Source: a virus (lineage: Duplodnaviria > Caudoviricetes). From it: a stretch of 51,421 nt of DNA. Below are positions 27,249 through 36,700 of the stretch, one piece after another; the first letter of the stretch is position 1; each line of letters starts with the position of its first letter. The notes beneath the pieces were generated by a model. It was not told the DNA's origin and made no database searches. It saw nothing but the letters and a program-made list of their open reading frames with translations. The DNA is taken from positions 1-51,421 of the IMG/VR virus record IMGVR_UViG_3300042994_000002. One strand, 5' to 3'. Made by a program: the position numbers and the translations under genes.

Positions 27249-27458
27249 ATGCCCCCTGTGAGCGTCAATGTCAGAGGGGCGAGTGGCATCGGGCTTCTGG
27301 TCGGGATCGGCATCATCAAGCCTCCGACCCAGCCGCCAGGGGGAGGGGCAGGGGCAGGGCCGATGCTGCTCAACCCCATTCCTGACCAGTTCTATCTGGG
27401 CAACGCAGCGCCCGTGGTCGCCAACCCGATCGGGGTCGTGATCTACACGCCATCATGA
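27249..27458 (+). CDS. Small (69 aa) fibre-adaptor-like protein, in frame with the next gene
   Basis: GGAGG RBS; IGLLVGIGI N-terminal motif, Pro/Gly linker, two P.xxNPI strands. Confidence 0.6.
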   Translation: MPPVSVNVRGASGIGLLVGIGIIKPPTQPPGGGAGAGPMLLNPIPDQFYLGNAAPVVANPIGVVIYTPS

Positions 27459-27470
27459 GAGGTTCTGCCA

Positions 27471-29024
27471 ATGGTTTGGCATTTCAAGGTCCCGGCGAAC
27501 ACGTTCAGTGATCCGGACGGCGACACGCTGACCTATTCCGCCACCAAGGAAGATGGTAGCCCGCTCTGGAACTGGATGACCTTCGATCCAGTGGAGCGCG
27601 AGTTCACGGCCATCCCTGAGCAAGCGGGCATCTTCTCCGGCATGTTCCGCGTGAAGGTGACGGCGAGCGACGGCGCGGCATCCGTCTCTGACGTGTTCAC
27701 GTTGTTCCTCGGGGACAGTGAAGGCCTGCCGATTTTCGCGTCGCTTCCGGCGACCGCTGCCGAGCGGCCTAAGATCTCGATCTACGACTGCATTATCACC
27801 GGCCCTGGAGTGGCCACGGTCATTTTCGGCCTCAGTGCCATCCCGCGCGGCACCATGGTTTGGAAGTGGACCACGCAGAATGGCGAGAACACCGCGTCGG
27901 GGACCCACTACACGTTCAAGAGCGGATACATCAATTTCCAGCCGGGGGAGCGGTTCGGCTCAGTGCAGGTGCCGATCCTGGCCAACCTAAATGCGAACCA
28001 GCGCATCCGGGTGCAGCTCACCGGGAACGGCCAGAACCTCTCGGGCACGGCGATTCGCGGCACCGCATACATCATGACCCAAGCGGCAGCAGATGCATTC
28101 GCTGCGGCTGGTACGCCGACGGTACCGCCGCCGGTCGGATACGACCTCACAAAGACCATCCTGCCGGGGGTCCCGAAGAACAAGGTGGGCTACACGACAG
28201 TCTTCCATCCCGACCTGATCAATGACTTCCAAGCATCCGACACGGGCTACAAGGCTGACGGTGTCACGCCCTGCTGGTTCTCCAAGCCCCATGAGGGAGC
28301 AACCTCGATGTCCGGCCGCGAGCAGACCGGCAACAAGGAGGATGGCATCTATGCGGATCCCTCTTTGCCGCAGTTCGCCGGCCTTAATTCTTTCCCGCTG
28401 GTGACGGATGGGGGAGAGCAGTACCGGGCGGTGCGCGCAGAATATCTGGATGGGCAGAACGGCAAGCCCGGCCCCATCCCGAGCCCGAGCATCGCGAAGA
28501 CATACGAATACGCAGCCGCGATGATCACAAGCCGGACCTTGTTCCCGGATATCGACATTGGCGACTTTGTGGAGGCCGAGACGAAAGTAAACCCGGTTGC
28601 CCACACCTGGGCGGCCTTCTGGCTTATGCCGACGGAAGGCTGGCCGCCGGAGATCGACATCTTCGAGTATTTCCTTGTAACACTGGGGAAAGAACGGGTC
28701 GCCAGCACGATCCACTTCGGCGAAGACAAGCGCGCCTACGGCACCTACATCGGCTGGGACGAGATACTCGGCTACACCTGGGACTATGGATCGAAGACGC
28801 GCTGGGGCTGCTGGGTCACGGCCGGCTGGATCGTCTACTACATCAACGACATCCCTTATGCCATGTACCCGAACATGTGCTTGGCAGTGGATGGCCCGAA
28901 GAAGTGGTACATCCTGTTGAACATGGCGGTGGGCGGCAATGGCTCGGGCACCCCGAACAACCCGCAGGAATTTCCCGTGGACATGCTCATCAAGGATGTC
29001 CGGGTGTGGCGGAAGACCGCATAA
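27471..29024 (+). CDS. Cadherin-like/He_PIG + Calx-beta-like + GH16 glycanase (ExsH/EglC-like)
   Basis: VPANTFSDPDGDTLTYSAT; TASGTHY..SG.INFQPGE; WAAFWLMP.GWPPEIDIFE (ExDxxE); YILLNMAVGG. Confidence 0.85.
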   Translation: MVWHFKVPANTFSDPDGDTLTYSATKEDGSPLWNWMTFDPVEREFTAIPEQAGIFSGMFRVKVTASDGAASVSDVFTLFLGDSEGLPIFASLPATAAERPKISIYDCIITGPGVATVIFGLSAIPRGTMVWKWTTQNGENTASGTHYTFKSGYINFQPGERFGSVQVPILANLNANQRIRVQLTGNGQNLSGTAIRGTAYIMTQAAADAFAAAGTPTVPPPVGYDLTKTILPGVPKNKVGYTTVFHPDLINDFQASDTGYKADGVTPCWFSKPHEGATSMSGREQTGNKEDGIYADPSLPQFAGLNSFPLVTDGGEQYRAVRAEYLDGQNGKPGPIPSPSIAKTYEYAAAMITSRTLFPDIDIGDFVEAETKVNPVAHTWAAFWLMPTEGWPPEIDIFEYFLVTLGKERVASTIHFGEDKRAYGTYIGWDEILGYTWDYGSKTRWGCWVTAGWIVYYINDIPYAMYPNMCLAVDGPKKWYILLNMAVGGNGSGTPNNPQEFPVDMLIKDVRVWRKTA

Positions 29025-29042
29025 GCAAGACAGGTGGAGCAG

Positions 29043-29537
29043 ATGGCAGGCTACGGCACAGACAGCGGCTTCGATGCCTGGCTGAACGATAACGGCTACA
29101 CGCTGCCCGGCGACGCCCCAGCGCCTGCTGTGCTTCGTGAGCGTGGTAGCCAGTACATCGACGCCCTCTATGGCTCCCGCTTTGCCGGTGCCATCCTGAG
29201 CGTCGAGCAGGAGCGCCAGTGGCCCCGTGAAAGTGTCATCATTGGCGGGAAGCTGGTGCCTCCCGACCTGGTGCCGGGCGCTGTCATCAATGCCTCGTAT
29301 CTCGCGGCCTATCAGGAGGCGACGAGCCCAGGCAGCCTCTCGGCGGTCGGATCGGCCGCCTCGGCCGTCACGCGTGAGAAGGTCGGGCAGATCGAGGTCC
29401 AGTATGCCTCCGGCCAGAGCGACGGGACAGCAATGTCCATCACGCCGCTCATGTCCACTGTGGATGGAATGCTGAGGCCGTTTCTGCTCGACAGGGAGGC
29501 CAGAGGTCTAGGCATCTGGTCGGTGGGGTGCAGATGA
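29043..29537 (+). CDS. Head-tail adaptor (DnaT-like ssDNA-binding family)
   Basis: RGSQYID, QERQWPR, REKVGQIEVQY. Confidence 0.8.
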   Translation: MAGYGTDSGFDAWLNDNGYTLPGDAPAPAVLRERGSQYIDALYGSRFAGAILSVEQERQWPRESVIIGGKLVPPDLVPGAVINASYLAAYQEATSPGSLSAVGSAASAVTREKVGQIEVQYASGQSDGTAMSITPLMSTVDGMLRPFLLDREARGLGIWSVGCR

Positions 29538-29899
29538 CCAATCCGCTCTACACCAGCCTCCAGGGCAGCGCCGACAGGATGGTGAGCAAGTTCGGCAGTC
29601 CGAGCACCATCATCTCCGTCACCGAGCCCGACCCCATCGAGGGCGGCGAGCAGGTACCGACTGAACACCCGTGCCGCGCTGTCGTGATGACCTACGATCA
29701 GCGCTACGTGAATGGCACGACCATTCTGAGCGGTGACGTGCTGGTCTACATCTCCGCAATCGGCCTTCAGGTTGAGCCCAAGCCCGGCATGCCCATTGCT
29801 GTCGGCGGGCGAACCTATCTCATCATTTCGGTAGATCCGAACCGGTACGACGGGCAGACGCCTGTTGTCTACGTGTGCCAAGCAAGGAGCGCATCATGA
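29534..29899 (+). CDS. Head closure protein
   Basis: Position; NGTTILSGD motif. Confidence 0.7.
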   Translation: MTNPLYTSLQGSADRMVSKFGSPSTIISVTEPDPIEGGEQVPTEHPCRAVVMTYDQRYVNGTTILSGDVLVYISAIGLQVEPKPGMPIAVGGRTYLIISVDPNRYDGQTPVVYVCQARSAS

Positions 29900-30060
29900 A
29901 GGTCAAAGTGGAAACCATCCTCAAGCACGACGGCAACAAGGTCGGCGATACCTACGAGGTGACGGAAACGCAGGCGAAGGCGCTCACGGCGCTGGGTCTT
30001 GTGAAACCAGCCAATCAGACCGCCGCCAAGGCCGTCGACAAAGCTCAGAAGGTTGATTGA
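29896..30060 (+). CDS. Small hypothetical virion-module protein
   Basis: AGGAG RBS; GDTYEV...AKAL..LGLV. Confidence 0.65.
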   Translation: MKVKVETILKHDGNKVGDTYEVTETQAKALTALGLVKPANQTAAKAVDKAQKVD

Positions 30061-31112
30061 TGGCCACTCTCCGCCAGCAGCTGCAGGATCTCATCCAGGC
30101 GCTTGCGCCAGAGATGCAGAAGGCGTTTCTCGCCTCGATCGACGACATCAAGTCAGAGATCGTCCTGCGCGAGGTGGTGGAGCGTCTGGAGCGCCGGGAC
30201 ATCGAAGGGGCTATCGCGGCCCTGCACATCCAGCAGAGCGCCTTCCGGCCCGTCGCTGAGGCGATCCGGCAGGCCTTTAATGCCGGTGGCGCGCTTGTCG
30301 CCAAGGCGGTGCCGAAGCTGACGGACCTCCTCGGCGCCCGCATTGTCTGGCGCTGGGATGTCTCCAACCAGCGGGCGGAAGCGAAGATCCGCGAGCTGTC
30401 CTCGGCGCTGATCACGCGCGAGACCGAAACCACGAAAGAGGCAGCGCGACAAACCATCGTCGCAGCCTATGCGCAGGGGCAGGGGCCGAATTCCATTGCC
30501 CTAGACCTTGTCGGACGGAAGAGCGCGGTTACAGGGAAGCGAGAAGGCGGCGTCATCGGCCTCAATGGCCCACAGGCGGAGCTGATGAACCGGACACGCA
30601 TCAACCTGCTTTCCGGCGATCCGAAGCTGATGGCGAAGTACCTGACGCTCCAGACGCGGGACAAGCGCTTCGATGGCGCGGTGCGCAAAGCCATAGCGGC
30701 CGGGAAGCCGCTGGACGCGGACACGCTGAACAAGGTTCTAGCGAGGCTTCGCGATCGCAACCTGAAGCTCCGCGGCGACACAATCGCGCGGACGGAGACC
30801 TACACGTCGGTCATGTCAGCAAAGCATGAGGCATACCAGCAGGGCCTAGATGCAGCCGGCCGCGATGCGAGCCTCGTGACGAGGAAGTGGCGGTCGGCAG
30901 GAGACCGCAAGGTCAGGCACACCCACATGGTGCTCAATGGTGCCGAGGTGAAAGGGATGGACCTGGCTTTCCAGTCGCCATCTGGCACCATGCTGCGCTA
31001 CCCCGGAGACACCGAGCTCGGCGCAGGGCCGGCCGAGATCATCAACTGCCGGTGCGATGTTGAGTACAACTTCGACTTCGCCGAGGCCTTCGCTCGCTCA
31101 AGGGGGCGGTGA
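30060..31112 (+). CDS. Head morphogenesis protein (Mu gpF / SPP1 gp7-like)
   Basis: IARTET, KWRSAGDRKVRHTH, INCRC. Confidence 0.88.
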   Translation: MATLRQQLQDLIQALAPEMQKAFLASIDDIKSEIVLREVVERLERRDIEGAIAALHIQQSAFRPVAEAIRQAFNAGGALVAKAVPKLTDLLGARIVWRWDVSNQRAEAKIRELSSALITRETETTKEAARQTIVAAYAQGQGPNSIALDLVGRKSAVTGKREGGVIGLNGPQAELMNRTRINLLSGDPKLMAKYLTLQTRDKRFDGAVRKAIAAGKPLDADTLNKVLARLRDRNLKLRGDTIARTETYTSVMSAKHEAYQQGLDAAGRDASLVTRKWRSAGDRKVRHTHMVLNGAEVKGMDLAFQSPSGTMLRYPGDTELGAGPAEIINCRCDVEYNFDFAEAFARSRGR

Positions 31113-31570
31113 TGTCGTTTGCTGCTCAGATCTCAGAATGGGCGCGCGAGACAGAAGGCGCGCTCGAAACGGTCTTCCACACTGCGGCTCAGACGGTAGC
31201 CAACGAGGTGCGCGACCCTGTGGCGGCTGGCGGACGTATGCCGGTAAAGACGGGCAACCTGCGGCGCTCGCTGATGGCTTCGACTTCGGGAATGCCGGCA
31301 GTCAAGCAGGAGCCGGCGCAGTACGCGGACAGCGGTTTAGAGATGGTCATCGCCGGCGCGACGCTTGGCGCCACCGTCTATCTGGGCTTCCAGGCAAACT
31401 ATGCTGCTCGGATGAACTATGGCTTCGTCGGAGAGGATTCGCTCGGGCGGGTGTACGACCAGAAGGGTTATGGGTTCGTGGATGCCGTGGCCCAGCGGTG
31501 GCCGCAGATCGTGGCAGAGGCAGAAGCTAAGGTTCGAAGCCGTCTTGAAGCTGCCCCTCCTTCAGCATGA
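31112..31570 (+). CDS. HK97 gp10-like tail completion protein
   Basis: MPVKTGNLRRS, YAARMNYG. Confidence 0.82.
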   Translation: MSFAAQISEWARETEGALETVFHTAAQTVANEVRDPVAAGGRMPVKTGNLRRSLMASTSGMPAVKQEPAQYADSGLEMVIAGATLGATVYLGFQANYAARMNYGFVGEDSLGRVYDQKGYGFVDAVAQRWPQIVAEAEAKVRSRLEAAPPSA

Positions 31571-31721
31571 TCAGCATGGCCCTCTGCACCAGGTCCGTGT
31601 TGCCCCTGAACACATTGATGAGCGCTTCACCGGCCTCGGTCTGACCTTCCTTGCCCTTGAACAGGTCGTGAGCCTGATCGAGCAGCTGGTAGATCTCGCG
31701 GTCGGTGAGTTTCTCGGCCAT
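31527..31721 (-). CDS. Small antisense moron protein (64 aa)
   Basis: MAEKLTDREIYQLL... fills the gap between tail genes on the opposite strand. Confidence 0.6.
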   Translation of the reverse strand: MAEKLTDREIYQLLDQAHDLFKGKEGQTEAGEALINVFRGNTDLVQRAMLIMLKEGQLQDGFEP

Positions 31722-31737
31722 GGAGAACCGATAGCAG

Positions 31738-32166
31738 ATGGCTGACACAGCTGAAAAGAGGATCTTCCAGGCTCTGGCCACAGCCATGCAGGTATTCATG
31801 CCCCCGGCGGGCGTGTCCGTCGTCTTGCCCGGCGAGGCGTTCGAGCCTCAGGCCTCAACAAAGTTCATCAGCGTTGAGGTGCATTTCAACCGTCCGATCG
31901 AGACGGATCTGTCGCTGGAGATGGATCCGATCAGGCAGGGTTTCATGCGCGCGAACGTCATGTGGCCGAAAGGCTTGGCGATCGTCGACGCCTACAACCT
32001 TGCTGGCGGCCTCAGACAGTGGCTGAAGCGTGGCACGAAGCTCTCGCGAGATGGCGTGCAGGTCCGCATCGATGAAGACCCGGAAATTGGCGTGCTCGTG
32101 ACAGGCGGCACCCATCACACCATACCCGTCACCATCCGGTGGCGGTCCTATCCAAACCAACCCTGA
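31738..32166 (+). CDS. Tail terminator (DUF4128-like)
   Basis: Position; QGFMRANVMWPKG, PVTIRWR. Confidence 0.75.
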   Translation: MADTAEKRIFQALATAMQVFMPPAGVSVVLPGEAFEPQASTKFISVEVHFNRPIETDLSLEMDPIRQGFMRANVMWPKGLAIVDAYNLAGGLRQWLKRGTKLSRDGVQVRIDEDPEIGVLVTGGTHHTIPVTIRWRSYPNQP

Positions 32167-32178
32167 AAGGATTGAGCT

Positions 32179-32697
32179 ATGGCTCAGCTTTACCCGGTTG
32201 CCGGCGCCAAGATCTATATCGGCCCGGCCAGCACCACCGTGCCTGATGATGCCGACCTCACCCTGACCGAGTTCACCAGCGTGCCCGAAAGCGGCTCGAA
32301 TAGCTGGGTCGAGATCAAGGGCTGGCAAACGATGGGCTCGATCGGTGACAATGCCACCCTCATCACCGAATCCATCATCTCGAATGCCCGCGACCTGAAG
32401 GCCAAGGGCACCCGGAATGCGGGCTCGATGCAGAACAACTTCATCATCATGCCCGAGGATCTCGGCCAGATCGCCCTGATCGCGGCCGAGAATTCGCCGT
32501 TCAACTTCAAGTTCCGGATCATCTTCGACGATGCTCCGCCGACCGGCCCCGATCCGACCGGCACCACGAAATACTTCTACGCCATCGTGATGTCCTCGCA
32601 GGAGCAGGGCGGCGGCGCCAACACGGCGCGTCTCCTCACCGGGACGCTTGAGATCAACTCCGCCATCCAGACGGTGGCCGCTTCGACGGGTGCTTGA
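32179..32697 (+). CDS. Major tail (tube) protein
   Basis: AGAKIYIG, KAKGTRNAGS, GQIAL. Confidence 0.82.
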   Translation: MAQLYPVAGAKIYIGPASTTVPDDADLTLTEFTSVPESGSNSWVEIKGWQTMGSIGDNATLITESIISNARDLKAKGTRNAGSMQNNFIIMPEDLGQIALIAAENSPFNFKFRIIFDDAPPTGPDPTGTTKYFYAIVMSSQEQGGGANTARLLTGTLEINSAIQTVAASTGA

Positions 32698-33107
32698 TGA
32701 GCGAGCAAGACTTCATCGACCTGAGCCTCCTGGATGACAACCTCGCCCTCCAGGAGGAAGGCATCGAATGCGAGATCGTCGGGCCGGACAACAAGCCAAC
32801 CGGCCTGGTAATCTTCGTCTGCGGCCCGGACAGCAGCCGTGCACAGGCCGCTTCTCGCGCCCTCCAGAAGGAGATCGAGCAGGAGGCGGCCAAGGAAGGG
32901 AACATCGATCTCGATAGCCCGGAGGCGCAGCGCCGGCGGCAGATCTCGTATCTGGCGAAGGTGACCAAGGGGTGGAACAAGCCGATCGGTCACGACCGTA
33001 TGGAGTTCTCCGAAGAGAACGCGGTGCAGCTCTATACGAAGTACCCGATCATTGAGGCTCAGGTGCGGTTCAAGGCTGACCGCCGCGGATCTTTTATCAG
33101 AAGCTGA
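32697..33107 (+). CDS. Tail assembly chaperone (gpG-like)
   Basis: VCGPDS, TKGWN, FSEENA..LY..YP.I..QV. Confidence 0.78.
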   Translation: MSEQDFIDLSLLDDNLALQEEGIECEIVGPDNKPTGLVIFVCGPDSSRAQAASRALQKEIEQEAAKEGNIDLDSPEAQRRRQISYLAKVTKGWNKPIGHDRMEFSEENAVQLYTKYPIIEAQVRFKADRRGSFIRS

Positions 33108-33127
33108 TCCGCAGGCTCGACAAGTGC

Positions 33128-33457
33128 TTGCGTGATCAGCTGGATGGCAAGAAAACGCGTGTCCCGGTAGCGGGGCGCCATGTCTGGGACTGGTTCTGGA
33201 GGCTGGACCGTACCCGCGAAGGCACCGGCTATGGCATCAACCCGCTGCAGCCGGTCCAGATCGCCGCATGGTTCAAGCTGCGGCAAATACAGCCCTTGCC
33301 CTGGCACCTTGATGCTATCGAACGCTTGGACACGACCCGGATGAGGGTCTATTTCGAGAAGCGGGAAGTGGAAAGCAGCCCTTCGAAGCAGACCGAGGTC
33401 TCGGAACGGCCACTCACCAGCAAGCTGTTCGATGCGCTCTTCGGGCGGGGGAAGTAA
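33128..33457 (+). CDS. Tail assembly chaperone second frame (gpT-like; probably made by -1 frameshift)
   Basis: HVWDWFWRL..TR, IAAW...AIERLD; -1 frame open from 33080. Confidence 0.72.
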   Translation: MRDQLDGKKTRVPVAGRHVWDWFWRLDRTREGTGYGINPLQPVQIAAWFKLRQIQPLPWHLDAIERLDTTRMRVYFEKREVESSPSKQTEVSERPLTSKLFDALFGRGK

Positions 33458-33471
33458 TGCGGTGGGGGCCT

Positions 33472-33735
33472 CTACTGTTTCGGGCGATACACCGTCACTA
33501 CGTGCTTTTGTCCTCTGCCCACCAACAGCAACACGCAGCTGATCAGGAATCCAAAGCTACCGAGGCCCATCATAACGAACGTGTAGCCCACGTTGGGGTT
33601 GTAGCTCCGTTGCTCCGCTGACAGCAGAGCAAGTCCAAGCGCAAACAGGATGGGCCCTCCAATAAAAAGCCAGACGCCTAACACGCCGCCCTTCGTCAGG
33701 GTCTGCTCGCTCTTGATCGTGTATTCTTCGTTCAT
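33472..33735 (-). CDS. Antisense two-TM membrane moron (87 aa)
   Basis: GGAG RBS; two hydrophobic helices; lies between chaperone and tape measure genes. Confidence 0.72.
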   Translation of the reverse strand: MNEEYTIKSEQTLTKGGVLGVWLFIGGPILFALGLALLSAEQRSYNPNVGYTFVMMGLGSFGFLISCVLLLVGRGQKHVVTVYRPKQ

Positions 33736-33759
33736 GCACCATCTCCAAAGGAAAACGCG

Positions 33760-36700
33760 ATGACTGTAGCAAGCCTCGGTTTTCAAATCGATAGCGGACC
33801 ACTGGCTGCTACATCGAGCGAACTCGACAAGCTCACCTCGTCGGCTGCGCGCGCTGAACAGGCGGCAACCAAGGTCAGTGGCGCTGGCACCCGCATGTCG
33901 CGCGGGTTTGCTGACCTCAACCCAGCGCTCGACAAGATCATGGGCTCTCTGGGCCGGCTGGAAGGCATCACCACGCGCATCGACGCCCGCCTCGGGGCGA
34001 TGGCTCAGGCAGCGACGAGAACCGCTAAAGCGAACCAGGTGCTCGATCAGTCGGCGATCGAGGCCAGTGCTGCCTATAAGCAGCTGGAGGCCAGCTTGAA
34101 CGCTGTGCATGCCGCGCAGCGCAAGAGCGACGGTGCCATGGCGTCGTCACTGGCGATGATCGAGAAGCAGAAGGATGCAATTGCCAGGCTCAATGCGGAA
34201 CTGCAGAAGCTGCGTACCGCGCCGTCTCCGTTCCCTGGGAGTGCCAGCGGCCGTCCTTCAGCTGCCAACAACAATGGCTTCGCTTCGGCCAACGTCGCGG
34301 CTCAGTTCCAAGACATCGCTGTAACATCGGCGATGGGGATGAACCCGCTGCAAATCGCCCTTCAACAGGGCACACAGCTCTCGTCTGTTCTTTCCACGAT
34401 GGGCAGCGGGCGTCAGGTTGTAGGTGGTCTCGCAGCTGCGTTCACATCGCTGGTCTCTCCAATTTCGCTGGTGACTATCGGCCTGACAGCCGCTGCGGCC
34501 GCTGCTATCCAGTATTTCTCTACGGCCTCGGCTGATGCGAAAACAGTCGAGGACCTGCTTGACAAACAGGCCGCTGCTATTGCCCGAGTGAGGGATCTCT
34601 GGGGCGATGCCACGGAAGAGAAAAACAAGTACGGCCGTGACAGCCTGTCGTCTGTTTCCTTCGGGCTGGACACCAGCATCGCCGATCTGGTGAAGCGCCT
34701 GCGCGACAGCAACAAGCCAACGACGTTCGGCCCCGGTGCCATTGGCGAAGCGATCACTTCAGCCGTGGGCAACAATCTCGGCGCCGCGGGGATGACTGCT
34801 CGACAGTTTCGGGAGACGGATCTCTTCAAGACCCTCCAGATAGATCTGCAGGCACTTCAGAAAAATACCATGGAGGGCGGCAGGGGCGTCCTTGATCTCG
34901 TCGAGAACATAGAACGGCTCGGCCAAGTCGCCCCGAACAGCGGCCTCAAGCAGATGGCCCGTGAGGCCATCGAAGCGCTTGAACCCTTCCGTGCTCTAGC
35001 TATCGCCCTTCGGGACGCCGAAGCTGAACGGCGTCGCCTGTTCAACGACCTCGGGCCGAACCGGATGCTCCTGTCTCAGGGCACCACGAACCGAGCTGAC
35101 AGCGGCAACCTCGCCCTCTACGAGTCCCAGCAGCGGATAGCCGCTGAGCGCAACCGACAAGCCTTCGATGCACGCATCTATGGCATTGGCGCCCGCTCTC
35201 CTCAGGAGAGGGCAGAAGCGGCCCGACATTCGGAGGCAGCTCGATACGACAACAGCGAGACGCCGGCGCAGCGTCGGGTCCGTATCGAGCAGGCTGGCGC
35301 TCTGGCACTCGCCCAGGCCGAACGGCAGCTGGCGGATGCACAGCGCGACCGCGCCATGGACCTCGACAAGATCCTCCAGGATCAGCAGACCGAGATCCAG
35401 TTGATAGGCAGGACTGGCGGCGCTGCGGCGGCGCTCCGGAAGGAGTACGAGCTGACGGCCGCCCTCCGCCTTGAGGCAGCGCGTCAGGGGATAGAGGTCG
35501 ATCAGAAAGAGCTGGACCTCATCCACGAGCGCACGCAGGCGCTCGGCCAGCTGATAGACCAGTACAGCCAGTCCAAATTCAACTTCGACATGGACCGGCA
35601 GACAAGCGATGCGCGGCTGTCTCCGCGGGATCGACAGATCACGACTACGCTTCGGCAGTATGGTCTGCCCGAGGATCTCAGCGGGCCGAATGCTCAGCGT
35701 ATCGGTCAGCAGCTGGACTGGCAGGAGGCAAAGGATCTGGCGAGGGGCTTCGGTGCCGCGTTCGGGAACGAGCTCGTCTCAGGCAGCCATGACCTCGGCA
35801 AGGCACTCCTGAAAGGTCTCCAGTCCTCTCTGGAGAACGAGGCAAACAAGCTGTGGGAGAAGTTCTTCGACAGCATCGGCAACTTGTTCGCCGACTGGCT
35901 GACGGGAGCACGCGGCGGAGGGTCGGGTAGTGGGGCCATTGGGTCTGTCGCTGCGGCGCTGGGCGGCCGGGTAGCGGCTAACAGCAACCTCCCAGGGGCC
36001 GTGACCGGCGCTGCGCCTGTTATCCCTGTAACCCGCGCCGCTCTGGGCGACATCGGCACCTATGCCAAGGCCATCCAGTCGATCGAGAGCGGGGGCAACT
36101 ATGGAGCCCTTGGGCCTCTCACCCGATCTGGCGACCGCGCCTATGGTGCCTATCAGGTCATGGGCAGCAATATTGCTCCATGGTCCAAAGAGACCTTCGG
36201 CCGTGCTATCTCGGCCGAAGAGTTCCTCCGCAACCCGTCGATGCAGGACCAGATCTTCCAGCATAAGTTTGGCGGCTACGTCGACCGGTATGGCCCGGCC
36301 GGGGCCGCGCAGGCTTGGTTCGGGGGGCCTGGTTCAGTCGGCAAGGGCGGGGCAGGGGCCGACATCCTCGGCACCACTGGCAGCGAGTATGTCAGCAAGT
36401 TCACCTCGAATGTCAACAAGCTGACCGAGGCGACCGGCTCGGCAGCTGCGGGTCTGGACACGTTCGGGAGTGGCGTCGGCAAGCTCGGGAGTACCCTTAG
36501 CGGCGCATTCCCGGCAGCTCCTGCGGCTGGGGGCGGTGGCGGCGGCCTGATGAGCCTCTTCGGAGGCCTCTTCGGCAACCCGCTCTCCATCTCTCCGCAG
36601 GCGAGGCTTCTGGCACCGCTCGCGGGTACTGGCGTCGGTCTCTTTGCCGACGGCACGAACTATGCCCCAGGGGGCATGGCGATTGTCGGGGAGCGTGGGC

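Noticed and set aside
30060-31112. gpF-like gene displaced from the portal, or a MuF polymorphic toxin
   Set aside because: Ends shortly after INCRC with no toxin extension; the displaced position alone gives no evidence of a new function.
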